A DNA stretch of 64,000 nucleotides. Source: Methanothrix sp. (GTDB lineage Archaea; Halobacteriota; Methanosarcinia; Methanotrichales; Methanotrichaceae). Shown here one piece after another: positions 50,482 through 59,663 of this stretch (the stretch's first letter is position 1; each line of letters starts with the position of its first letter). The DNA lies in assembly GCA_963682135.1 (NCBI GenBank), contig OY821645.1, positions 544,001 to 608,000 on the forward strand, in the 5' to 3' direction. The translations under genes and the position numbers were made by a program. A model generated the notes under the pieces. That model was not told the origin of the DNA. It searched no databases and saw only the letters and a list, made by a program, of their open reading frames with translations.

Positions 50482-50865
50482 CTAATCTCGATCTTGATTA
50501 CCCATGGCCGCAAACCGAGATCTAACAAAATCCATGAACTGCCGCAAACCTATACAAGGATCGTCATCAATCTGGCTCTCCTCGACTGCATCTTGAGAGC
50601 CGCTATGAAAATGCTTGGGGAAAGTCGATACTCTTTTCCAGTTTGTGTCTGGAAAATTATCATGACGATACATTGTGCCGTCGATATGCCGTCGCTCCCA
50701 ATGATATGAGAATCGCCCTAAAACCTTGAAAGAGAACCATACGTCGATAAACGAGCCGTCTTTAACAAATGCCCTGAGCTTGCCGCGAAAAATGATTGAG
50801 TCTGATAGAGTGTCAGCATATTCAGTATCTACGACCCGCTTGAGCGCCTTCAGGTCTATTACTAT
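50482..50865 (-). CDS. DUF6516/TumE-like toxin, lacking a canonical start codon
   Basis: Frame open from ATA 50865: ..KLRAFVKDGSFIDVW...FSYHWERR....YRHDNFP....STFPKHFH. Confidence 0.7.
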   Translation of the reverse strand: MVIDLKALKRVVDTEYADTLSDSIIFRGKLRAFVKDGSFIDVWFSFKVLGRFSYHWERRHIDGTMYRHDNFPDTNWKRVSTFPKHFHSGSQDAVEESQIDDDPCIGLRQFMDFVRSRFAAMGNQDRD

Positions 50866-51143
50866 TGCGGAAAGCTCTTCATCGCCGCTAATATTTCATC
50901 TCTCCTAACTTCCAGAAAGTCAAGTTCCTGGAAATCGTCCAAGACATCTGCTTCCCGTACTTCACCTCTTTTCAGCTTATCGTCCAGCTCAAAGATGGAC
51001 CTTATGCCATGCTTTGCACCGATCTCGAATATCTCTGCCTCGATACATCTCAGCTCTCTCTCCAGAAATACCTTGATACTTGCTCGAGCTAGAATGTCAC
51101 GATCCATATTCAAGACACTCGCAACCTCGTCGATAACTTCCAT
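50862..51143 (-). CDS. Putative antitoxin partner of the DUF6516-like toxin
   Basis: 93-aa acidic helical protein whose stop overlaps the toxin frame start. Confidence 0.7.
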   Translation of the reverse strand: MEVIDEVASVLNMDRDILARASIKVFLERELRCIEAEIFEIGAKHGIRSIFELDDKLKRGEVREADVLDDFQELDFLEVRRDEILAAMKSFPQ

Positions 51144-51284
51144 GATCTGATACCATCTGTATATCTGCCATTAAGATATTTTAATCCTCTTGTTTCCATA
51201 GTGCAAGTTCTGTCATGATTGCCTGGACGCTTCCTGCCCTCTGGATACGACCGCTTCTTGTCAAGTGAGCACACATGGCGAAAA

Positions 51285-51745
51285 TGAGCCGCAAGCTCGC
51301 ATGGCCTGGCCCGCAGGATGCGGCTACAAGCCCGCCCAAGGCAACGACGCGATGCGGGCGATGGGCCGACGGAGCGTGGCTGCCGGTGTCTCTGCAAGAA
51401 TCGCCAAGCTGGTCTTTGTGCGTTCTTTGTGAGCTTCGTGCGCTTTGTGGTTTGGCCCGTTGCCGCTTCGTTATAATTATCAGCCAATAATAACCATAAG
51501 TCGCCACAGTTTCCAATAGTCCAGCCTCCTGAAAAGCCGCCCAGCTGGTGACCGGCTCCACCTGGCACGAGCGCTTACCAGGCAATCCAGCTCGCCCTGA
51601 CGACATCGCCGCAATCCCAGACGGCCCGGCCCGCAGGCAGCGAAAAATTGTTCCATCTCATCGGAGACTTCGCGTCTTCGCGTGAGCCCTTGATCTCGGG
51701 CCAACCGACCTCGCCCCCGAGCGCGTGCGTGCAGGCGGGCTTGCC
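51285..51745 (+). repeat. GC-rich interspersed repeat, block 3
   Basis: Core at 51469-51495, same orientation. Confidence 0.9.
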
Positions 51746-51903
51746 GCACAAACCTCTTTCCAATCGACAAAGGTCCACAAAGAAGAAAAACTTAAAAATG
51801 CGGCGCTCAAATCTGAGCCAGTATCTCCGTTCCCTTATCTATTTAAGTATAGAGCTACCAAATACAGGAATTATATCTGATACCTTGATAGAAAGGAGAC
51901 CTA

Positions 51904-52206
51904 ATGAATCGATTTGAGGACCTGAGGGATAAAGTTTTGCCATTGCTCAGGCCCTACGTTAAGCGCATTGCCGTCTTCGGGTCTTTTGCTCGGGGCGAGG
52001 AGACACCAGAAAGCGACATCGACCTTCTGGTGGAACTAAGAGCCGCAGACAGCCGTCCCCGACTTGGGCTGGCATGGTTTGGCCTGGAAGAAGAGCTTGG
52101 CCGCGTTCTGGGAAGAGAAGTGGAACTTATAGCTGAAGGCTCTCTAAGTCCATATTTGCGACCCTACGCAGAAAAGGATCTGGTTCTGCTCTATGAAGAA
52201 AGATGA
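51904..52206 (+). CDS. Minimal nucleotidyltransferase (MNT) antitoxin
   Basis: VFGSFARGEETPESDIDLLVE. Confidence 0.92.
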   Translation: MNRFEDLRDKVLPLLRPYVKRIAVFGSFARGEETPESDIDLLVELRAADSRPRLGLAWFGLEEELGRVLGREVELIAEGSLSPYLRPYAEKDLVLLYEER

Positions 52207-52552
52207 CTCGGTTTATCTTCGCCATATCATGGATGCCTTCATGCAGATAGAGCACTACACCGATGGCGTCTCTCATGAAGAGTTTATGAAAGACAATCTG
52301 ATTCAAGATGGAGTAATTAGACAGCTAGAGGTTATGGGAGAGGCTGCTCGCAATCTATCCGATGACCTGCGTGGCGATTACCCGCATATTCCCTGGCGTC
52401 AGATGATAGGCCTTAGAAACCGCATGATTCACGCTTATTTTAACGTAAACCTGTAGATTATCTGGGAGATCGTTCAAGGGGATATTCCAAATCTAAAGCG
52501 AGAGACGAAGCGCGTGCTTGAGGATATTGGTCAGGAAAGCCGACATATATAG
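52193..52552 (+). pseudogene. HEPN (DUF86) toxin interrupted by an in-frame TAG
   Basis: IPWRQMIGLRNRMIHAYF (Rx4H), then TAG at 52454; frame continues IIWEIVQGDIPNLK to 52552. Confidence 0.85.
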
Positions 52553-52604
52553 CGGCAAACGTTTTCCCGGGGCCGGAGTCCTTTAAAGCAGCATCCACGG
52601 CTTT

Positions 52605-53080
52605 AGCGCGGCTGCCGGTGGCCTCGCAAGAATCGTCAAGCCGGTCTTTGTGCGTCCTTTGTGAGCTTGGTGCGCTTTGTGGTTTGGTGCGTTGCTGCTC
52701 CGATATAATTATCAGCTAATAATATCGCAAGTCACCATCGTTTCCAATAGTCCTGCCCCCCGAAAAGCCGCCCAGCCGGTGACCGGCTCCACCTGGCACG
52801 ATCGATTGCCTGGCAAGCCAGCCCGCCCGAAGCAACGACGCGATGCGGGCGATGGGCTGATGGGGCGCGGCTGCCGGTGGGCCCGCAAGAATCGCCAAGC
52901 TGGTCTTTGTGCGTCCTTTGTGAGCTTGGTGCGCTTTGTGGTTTGGTGCGTTGCTGCTCCGATATAATTATCAGCTAATAATATCGCAAGTCACCATCGT
53001 TTCCAAGAGTCCAGCCCCCCGGAAATGCCGCCTAGCCGGTGACCGGCTCCACCTTGGCACTAGCGCTTACCAGGCAATCA
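52605..53080 (+). repeat. GC-rich interspersed repeat, block 4 (two tandem units, 259-bp period)
   Basis: Cores at 52701-52727 and 52960-52986; units are near-identical. Confidence 0.92.
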
Positions 53081-53170
53081 GAAAGCTGCCAATAAGCTCG
53101 GATTTCAGATGGTGAGGCAAAAAGGAAGCCACACCAGATGGAAACATCCCGATGGCCGAGCGACTACCAA
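53081..53170 (+). pseudogene. hicA: HicA toxin fragment
   Basis: KAANKLGFQMVRQKGSHTRWKHPDGRATT; truncated at both ends and abutting the repeat end. Confidence 0.8.
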
Positions 53171-53255
53171 TTGTCAAGGTAAAAGGAAATTCCATCAAAT
53201 GGAAGGTTCAATCAGTTCTATAAAAAAGATTGTAAAAGGAGAATGGATTACAGCC

Positions 53256-54377
53256 TCAGCCATCATTGCCAAGATCAGCTTCGCCGCCTCCATTATTGCT
53301 GTAATCGTTGCTGCTTCCCAGTCCCATGCAATTGCATCTGCCATTCGCATAGTAGCATCCATCAGGGCAATCAGCTACCGGATTTGGTACAGGATTAAAT
53401 GGTCCCGGCTCAGGATTTGGATTGGGAACGGGCCCCGGCATGGGTTCGGGATCCAGCCCGCGGCAGAGGCACTGGCCGCCGACATAATCGCAGAGCGGAT
53501 TACTCTCGCACTCCGCCACGGGATTGGGGGCCGGCTTCATGTAGCACTGGCAGCTTCCGTCACGCCATTCGCACGTTTGTGCATCGGAACTTCTGGCCTC
53601 GCACTCCGCCACAGGATTGGGAGCCGGCTTCATGTAGCACTGGCAGCTTCCGTCACGCCATTCGCACGTTTGCGTATCGGAACTTCTAGACTCACATTCT
53701 TTCCTGGGGTCTGGAGTTGGCCTGGGAACAGGTCGGATTGTGGATGAATAGACATCGATGATTACGGCATTGCTGTATCCGCTGTTGGTCGCAAACAGGT
53801 TTCTGTGCCGGCCGGGCAGATCGGCATAATACCAGATATAGTAGTATCCGCTCTGCACCAATCCCAGGCTGTATCCCATAACATAGCCGCTGGGATAGAT
53901 CTCGTACATGGTGACGGGAGATGCCTGCGGCACATAGATCAGCTCTCGCGTCCATCCGCCCAAAGGCAGTGTGGCATATAGCGTCCAGCTGACAGCTCTT
54001 TCTATCCACAATCCCGGATTATTGGCAGGAAATGTATTGGTGAAATCATTCCAGGCTAGATAGTCTCCGTTGTAGTACATATACCTGGGCGGATTCGTAA
54101 GGACTGCCGAGGGCATCAGCGTCTTCAGATCAGCAATAGGAGGGGCCTGCTCGGTGTAAGCGGCAATCTCCGTTCCTGCTTCACCTGAAGTTGCCTGCGG
54201 TGCGCCGGTGTCAACAAAGGCGCTTTCTAAATTACCAGCAGGAACCAGGGCGTCGAATTCGGAAATAGTCAGATTCTCTGCACCAGAATTTCCGGACTGG
54301 TCCAATCCCCCCAATGATATGCTGCAAAGGAGGAGTGTGGCTATGGCAATCCGAAATAGCAAATAGTCGGCTTTCAT
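53256..54377 (-). CDS. Secreted protein with a YEIYPSG/YADLPG domain and Cys/Pro-rich repeats
   Basis: Signal peptide; 27-aa duplication CE.RSSD.QTCEWRDGSCQCYMKPAPNPVAE. Confidence 0.78.
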   Translation of the reverse strand: MKADYLLFRIAIATLLLCSISLGGLDQSGNSGAENLTISEFDALVPAGNLESAFVDTGAPQATSGEAGTEIAAYTEQAPPIADLKTLMPSAVLTNPPRYMYYNGDYLAWNDFTNTFPANNPGLWIERAVSWTLYATLPLGGWTRELIYVPQASPVTMYEIYPSGYVMGYSLGLVQSGYYYIWYYADLPGRHRNLFATNSGYSNAVIIDVYSSTIRPVPRPTPDPRKECESRSSDTQTCEWRDGSCQCYMKPAPNPVAECEARSSDAQTCEWRDGSCQCYMKPAPNPVAECESNPLCDYVGGQCLCRGLDPEPMPGPVPNPNPEPGPFNPVPNPVADCPDGCYYANGRCNCMGLGSSNDYSNNGGGEADLGNDG

Positions 54378-54523
54378 ATTCCCTCACAATTATTTTGGTA
54401 CCAACAAATATTTTCATAATTTAAATTGTTCGGAACTCACACAGCATTCTCTCCTTTTCTTGCCTATAAATTTTTTGTACGGTTAGGCTGTTACCAGAGA
54501 CTTATGCTGCCAATTGCTCGGCC

Positions 54524-56239
54524 TCAGGCTAAAAGGAGATGCAATGTTGTTCCTACTAAGAGCGCCGCCACCAGCCTCAATGCTACAGATTTAAGTGTTC
54601 CGAGAACGCCCAACTCCTTTAGCATCACCATAAATGTGGCCACACAGGGAAAATACAGTGCCAGCACCACAGATGCAATTACCAATTGCGCTGCAGTCAT
54701 ATCCAGGGGCGCGAACATGCCAATGCCCACGTCTTTTCTCAAGAAACCGATGATCAACGCCGTAGCGGCGTCGCTTGGCAGCCCCAGAAGTCCGGACACA
54801 ATCGGTCGCATTGTCTCCCCTATGAGGTGCATCAAGCCGGAGAGGAAAAAGAAGTTCATCACTATCATGCCTAATGCAATGTAGGGCACAGCCTCTTTCA
54901 AGAATTCTCGAATGCGAATGAAGGTCTTCTTGAAGAGCGAAAGTAAGTTAGGCATGCGGTAGGGGGGGATCTCTAAAAAGATTTCAGGAGACTCCCCCCC
55001 GATAAACCTGTGCAGCAGGAAACCTGTCACTGCAAAGGTGGTGAAAAGCGAGAGGTAAACGGCAAGTATGTATCTCAGGCCGTAGGGTGCGAGCATGCCG
55101 AAGATCATGGCCGATTGCGAGGCGCAGGGGATGGCCATGGTCATAAGAGTGGCCGCCAGATACCTCTGCTTGGGCGACTCCAGGATGCGCACGGAGAGGA
55201 CAGCCGGCACGCTGCAGCCCATGCCCAGAACGCAAGGCAGGATGGCTGCCCCGTGCAGTCCGATTCTGTGCATGAAGGCATCCAAAATGATGCTCAGCCT
55301 GGGAAGGTAGCCGATGTCTTCCAGCACGCCCAGCACCAGGTAAAAAGGAATTAGGAAAGGCAGAACCACTCCCAATGGAATATAGAGGCCAGTGGTGAGG
55401 ATGCCGAAGGACTTGAGCAGCTGTGGAGAGGTCCCGATCAGAATGTCACGCAGCAGCGGCGAACTGATATGGCTCTCCACTACCTCGCTTATGAATTGAC
55501 TGTAGGCGATGAATATCGGATCAGTGATCTTCAATTGCAGCAGCTCTCCCGCTTCAATCACCAGGCTGAAGGAGAGATAGAGTGCCAGCATTGCAAATGG
55601 AATTCCCGTTAGAGGCTTGATGGAAAAATCCTCCAGACGGTCGAAGATTGAAGGGTGGCGGTGCATGACCTTCTGCGTCCTGGCAGCGATCTCGCCGATG
55701 CGGGCCCATCGCTGATCCGAGGAGTCGAAATGTGTTATAGGCGATGACCTTAGCTCCCTTGCTTCTTTTAAAGCATCAACCAGATCGCGGATGCCCTGGC
55801 CGCTCACAGCCACTGTGGCAACTACGGGAACGCAAAGCTCCTTCTCCAGAGCTTTTACATCAATCTCAATACCCTTTCTGGTTGCGACATCCCAGAGGTT
55901 GAGGGCGACAATCGTGGGCACACACCGCTCCAGGATCTGTAAGGTAAGGTTTAGGTTTCTCTCCAGATTGGTGGCATCGATGACGTTTACGACCACATCT
56001 GCGCCATTCAAGAAGATCTTGCGACTGACCTCTTCCACCCGGGTGGTCGGGTCCAGGGAATAGACTCCAGGAGCATCAACTAGGGTAGCCATCTGCTCGC
56101 CCAATTTCATGCGCCCTTCCGTGTATTCCACAGTGGTGCCTGGGTAATTGGCGGAGATGACATCGATTCCCGTCAGCCGGGAAAATATGACGCTCTTGCC
56201 CACATTGGGATTGCCCATGAGAAGGATCTTCACAATCAA
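54524..56239 (-). CDS. feoB: Ferrous iron transporter B
   Basis: GNPNVGKS, NYPGTTVE, DAPG.YSL, LEDIGYLPR and PCVAT. Confidence 0.93.
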   Translation of the reverse strand: MIVKILLMGNPNVGKSVIFSRLTGIDVISANYPGTTVEYTEGRMKLGEQMATLVDAPGVYSLDPTTRVEEVSRKIFLNGADVVVNVIDATNLERNLNLTLQILERCVPTIVALNLWDVATRKGIEIDVKALEKELCVPVVATVAVSGQGIRDLVDALKEARELRSSPITHFDSSDQRWARIGEIAARTQKVMHRHPSIFDRLEDFSIKPLTGIPFAMLALYLSFSLVIEAGELLQLKITDPIFIAYSQFISEVVESHISSPLLRDILIGTSPQLLKSFGILTTGLYIPLGVVLPFLIPFYLVLGVLEDIGYLPRLSIILDAFMHRIGLHGAAILPCVLGMGCSVPAVLSVRILESPKQRYLAATLMTMAIPCASQSAMIFGMLAPYGLRYILAVYLSLFTTFAVTGFLLHRFIGGESPEIFLEIPPYRMPNLLSLFKKTFIRIREFLKEAVPYIALGMIVMNFFFLSGLMHLIGETMRPIVSGLLGLPSDAATALIIGFLRKDVGIGMFAPLDMTAAQLVIASVVLALYFPCVATFMVMLKELGVLGTLKSVALRLVAALLVGTTLHLLLA

Positions 56240-56245
56240 AGGCTC

Positions 56246-57319
56246 CTATTGAAATATTATCTTCAGCCCCTCGTTATTCACCTTTGTCTCAATGGCAATC
56301 TCCAACCCTAACGGCTCGATTAGCCTTGCTACTGCCTCTTTGCTTTTTTCGGTGACAATAGCAATGGATGGCCCAACTGAGCTCATGCCCACAAATTCCA
56401 GGCCGGCCTCACGCAGCAAACTCATCTGTCGGTAGATCTCAAAGCCGTGGTGCTCTACCTCAGCTCTCTTCGAGCCGCGAAACTCTATCTCCCAGATGAT
56501 ATCACCGATCTTTTTCAGGTCTACCCGCTCCAGGGCGGGAATAAGATCCATGAGCAGAAGATATGCTTTCAGTTCCCGGTCCTGATAATCCAGGTTCCTG
56601 GCCCGGTTCATGAGCAGGTCGAATTCAGCTCTTCCTGCTGAGGATACGACTGTGGGTGGAATGGTCACAAAGACGTTTTTGCCTTCTGCAAAGCTATGGC
56701 GGTAGGCCAGCGCCAGTTCGTCGCCGGTAATGACCATGCCTCCATAGGTGGCGGCTGCAGGACCTACCCCCGTCTCAAAGCCGCTGGTCACCTGCCCATC
56801 CTCAGTCTCTTCCACATAATTGTGGCCTATTAGCAGGCGAATCTGCTCAGAATTAAGGGGTGAGCCGAGAGCAGCGTTCATGGCGTGGCCCAGGGCCAGG
56901 AGCACAGATCCGGTCGAGCCCAGGCCGACATGCTTCTTTTCGTGGTCAAAGACTGCAATCTTAAAGCCGCCTCCATAGTGTACCGTCTTTTTGAAGACCT
57001 CTGCGAAATGACGGATGATGGGCTCACGTGAGTAATCTATCTCAAGGCCCGAGGCGGTGACCTCTACCTCGGCTGAACAGTATATCTGCAGGGCAAAGCC
57101 CACGCCTCCTCCTCCCGGTCGATCGGGAGCAAAACGGTTCATGTCCAGCACAGTAAGATGAATACGCCCGGGAGCTATCGCCTTGACCGTGCCCGTATAT
57201 GGCGAGAGCTGGTAGTCTTTTTCAAATCCCAATGTGTGGATGCACTCTCCAGAGCAAAAGGGCTGGAACTCGTATTCCACCAGATCCAGATCGCCGCCTC
57301 TAATCTTCATTTTGGCCAA
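56246..57319 (-). CDS. GHMP-superfamily protein (beta-RFA-P synthase-like)
   Basis: APGRIHL, GGGVGFAL, HVGLGST and GMSSVGP. Confidence 0.75.
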   Translation of the reverse strand: MAKMKIRGGDLDLVEYEFQPFCSGECIHTLGFEKDYQLSPYTGTVKAIAPGRIHLTVLDMNRFAPDRPGGGGVGFALQIYCSAEVEVTASGLEIDYSREPIIRHFAEVFKKTVHYGGGFKIAVFDHEKKHVGLGSTGSVLLALGHAMNAALGSPLNSEQIRLLIGHNYVEETEDGQVTSGFETGVGPAAATYGGMVITGDELALAYRHSFAEGKNVFVTIPPTVVSSAGRAEFDLLMNRARNLDYQDRELKAYLLLMDLIPALERVDLKKIGDIIWEIEFRGSKRAEVEHHGFEIYRQMSLLREAGLEFVGMSSVGPSIAIVTEKSKEAVARLIEPLGLEIAIETKVNNEGLKIIFQ

Positions 57320-57348
57320 GAATACACACCCTATCTTTCAAGCTCTTT

Positions 57349-57900
57349 TCAGACCGGTCTATCAAAGTAGATGCTCTTTCCCGAGGCTTTGAGGGGCAAT
57401 CCATAGGCAACGCTGCATCCTTCCAGCCAATTCAGGGAGAGAGCTGCCGCTCCTGCGGAGAACATAACTCGGTTGTCGACATTATGCAGGCTGGCCGTCT
57501 TGGCAGCCGAGCCCAGAGCAATGCCAAGGTCAGCCATCTTGATAATGCAATTAGGGCCGTGGAAGGGTTTGTCCGGCTCATTCTCTCGGAACGGCTTTTG
57601 TGCCTCTTGCATCTCTTTGCAGGTTGCATAGCCGCATCCTCCGCAGTCCAAGCCTACGCTATCAGCGGCCTTGCTGCCCAAGAGAAGGCAGGCATCGCTC
57701 TTTTCCAGGTTGCCGGCATCTCGCAGAAAGAATTTGATGCCCCGCGCCTCGCCCAGGCGGCGCAGCTCTTTGGAAAGCTCCACCAGCTCTTTGCCGGTCA
57801 CAACTCTAATTACTAAGGAGTCCTGGCCCCGGCCTTTGGGCGCTGTACGTGCCGAGAGGGCCATGAGCTCTGCTACCATTTCCACCGCTCTGAAGGTCAT
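57349..57900 (-). CDS. Ferredoxin-domain protein (DUF2148)
   Basis: ARTAPKG.G.D, CGGCGYATC, DLGIALGSA and VDNRVM. Confidence 0.85.
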   Translation of the reverse strand: MTFRAVEMVAELMALSARTAPKGRGQDSLVIRVVTGKELVELSKELRRLGEARGIKFFLRDAGNLEKSDACLLLGSKAADSVGLDCGGCGYATCKEMQEAQKPFRENEPDKPFHGPNCIIKMADLGIALGSAAKTASLHNVDNRVMFSAGAAALSLNWLEGCSVAYGLPLKASGKSIYFDRPV

Positions 57901-57931
57901 GAAAAGAGAATTAATGGATTGCTATTTATTA

Positions 57932-58348
57932 TCAATGCCTGTCATCCATGATGGTGTAATCATCATGGTCAATGATTTGATCCTTCTGCCTCCTGCTGTT
58001 CGTACCGGAATTTTCGTCCCTTCCTCTTAATGTGCCCAGCAAGAGAGCAGCGATGGCTGAGAGTGCCGCCGGCCCGAGAAAACCGCTTCGTTTGGCAAAT
58101 CTGAGGAGCAATAATTCCATAGCTCCCTTGAAAAGAATTGAAAGAAGGTTGGAGCTATTGCTGCCTGGCGCGGACCCTGGCACCGACTTTGCGAGTTTGG
58201 TGAAAAAAGCCATTATTCCAGATCTTCTCGATGGCTGAAGCGTCCAATTCACCGATTTTATAAATGCCGCTACGAAGGCGCTCCTCATCGCTTTGTTGAG
58301 CAGAACGGCGCCAATTGCGGTCTTTATCAACTTTGCCAGCATTCCCAT
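57932..58348 (-). CDS. Hypothetical membrane-associated protein
   Basis: Fills the gap co-directionally; hydrophobic segments; C-terminal IIDHDDYTI. Confidence 0.5.
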   Translation of the reverse strand: MGMLAKLIKTAIGAVLLNKAMRSAFVAAFIKSVNWTLQPSRRSGIMAFFTKLAKSVPGSAPGSNSSNLLSILFKGAMELLLLRFAKRSGFLGPAALSAIAALLLGTLRGRDENSGTNSRRQKDQIIDHDDYTIMDDRH

Positions 58349-58380
58349 CAGAATTAATAGCTGCTTGCACGGATATATTA

Positions 58381-58644
58381 TTATCTATCGGTTTGAAATC
58401 TCTCAGGCCAGAGCATTCTCTCTTTGCTTCTCTGCTTTATCATCTCTTCTGCCTCAACCACGGTTATGCCGAAGACCTCCGCCAATATCTCCTGAGCGGC
58501 ATGAAGCTTGAGATCCATCAAATCATCATCGCTTGAGTTTTCGCGAGGCACAATGGGCTTCCTCCTCATTCTTCCCATATTGCCCTGGACTATTGCCATA
58601 TCGAAAATACCTTTGCCATTGGATTGTCTCTTTTCTGCACTCAT
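58381..58644 (-). CDS. Hypothetical protein
   Basis: Co-directional ORF; start uncertain. Confidence 0.45.
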   Translation of the reverse strand: MSAEKRQSNGKGIFDMAIVQGNMGRMRRKPIVPRENSSDDDLMDLKLHAAQEILAEVFGITVVEAEEMIKQRSKERMLWPERFQTDR

Positions 58645-58723
58645 TTGATATAAATATAATGGCTTATCAGAACTTTCCGTCCGCTAATTTGAATAAGGCT
58701 ACCCGTAATTGGATTGAATCAAT

Positions 58724-59635
58724 ATGTCCGAGAAGTTCGTCATAACTGGTGGTGCGGGTTTCATAGGCTCCAACCTGGCCGAAAGCCTCTCCAAAGACAA
58801 CGAGGTGCTTGTCATCGATGATCTCTCCACCGGAAAGATGGAAAACCTGGCCGGCCTGGATGTAAGATTCCTCAAGGGAAGCCTGACCGATCGAATGCTG
58901 CTAAAAGAGGCATTCGTTGGGGCTGCGTGTGTCTTTCATCAGGCGGCTATAGCCTCAGTCAAGAAGAGCGTGGAAGATCCTGCGCGCACTAATGCCGTGG
59001 GCATCGATGGGACTCTTAATGTGCTGATCGCTGCCAGGGATGCAGGAGTAAGCCGTGTGGTGCAGGCCTCCTCGGCGGCAGTCTATGGCAGCTCACCAGT
59101 GCTTCCCAAAAAGGAGGATATGCTGCCGCAGCCAATGTCTCCCTATGCCGTCTCCAAGCTCGCCGCTGAGCACTATGCCCGCGTCTTCCTGGATCTATAT
59201 GGCCTGAAGACCGTATCTCTGCGCTATTTCAATGTATTTGGCCCCAAGCAGGACCCATCATCCGAATACTCAGGTGTCATCTCCAGATTCATCTCAGCTA
59301 TCCTGAACGACGAGCAGCCCGTGATCTACGGAGACGGGGAGCAAACTCGCGATTTTGTCTATGTGAATGATGTAGTCTCTGCAAATATTCTTGCCAGCCG
59401 TGCTGCACCCGGAGTTTATAACATCGCCAGCGCAAAGAGCATTAGCCTGAATACCCTGGTAAATGTGATCGGCAAGATCCTGGAAAAGCCGGTTGTGCCC
59501 AGATATGAATCTGCCCGCGATGGAGATATCAAGCACTCTCTGGCCGATATAAACCAGGCGAAAAGCATGGGCTATATTCCCAGGTACGAACTAAAAGAAG
59601 CTCTCTTAGAGACGATCGAATGGTTCAAGAGATAA
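58724..59635 (+). CDS. NAD-dependent epimerase (UDP-glucose/GlcNAc 4-epimerase type)
   Basis: TGGAGFIGS, YAVSK, LRYFNVFGP and GDGEQTRDF. Confidence 0.92.
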   Translation: MSEKFVITGGAGFIGSNLAESLSKDNEVLVIDDLSTGKMENLAGLDVRFLKGSLTDRMLLKEAFVGAACVFHQAAIASVKKSVEDPARTNAVGIDGTLNVLIAARDAGVSRVVQASSAAVYGSSPVLPKKEDMLPQPMSPYAVSKLAAEHYARVFLDLYGLKTVSLRYFNVFGPKQDPSSEYSGVISRFISAILNDEQPVIYGDGEQTRDFVYVNDVVSANILASRAAPGVYNIASAKSISLNTLVNVIGKILEKPVVPRYESARDGDIKHSLADINQAKSMGYIPRYELKEALLETIEWFKR

Positions 59636-59663
59636 CATGACAACAAAATTGAATGAAATAAAT

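Noticed and set aside
52454-52456. Pyrrolysine read-through of the HEPN amber codon
   Set aside because: No pyl genes in the window, Methanothrix is not known to use Pyl, and a point nonsense mutation is simpler.
47506-52967. Many short ORFs inside the GC-rich repeats (e.g. MPGGAG.RLGGF.GGWTIGN...LLLADNYN)
   Set aside because: The similarity just reflects the DNA repeat; frames, starts and stops differ between copies, so they are unlikely to be coding.
47678-53080. CRISPR array or canonical integron attC array
   Set aside because: Units are too long and irregular for CRISPR, and there are no cas genes. I could not find RYYYAAC...GTTRRRY ends, cargo orientation is mixed and there is no intI. 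A formal IntegronFinder run is still needed.
53109-53747. 212-aa plus-strand ORF beginning with HicA-like residues
   Set aside because: It is a chimera of the hicA fragment and the antisense frame of the real gene at 53256-54377.
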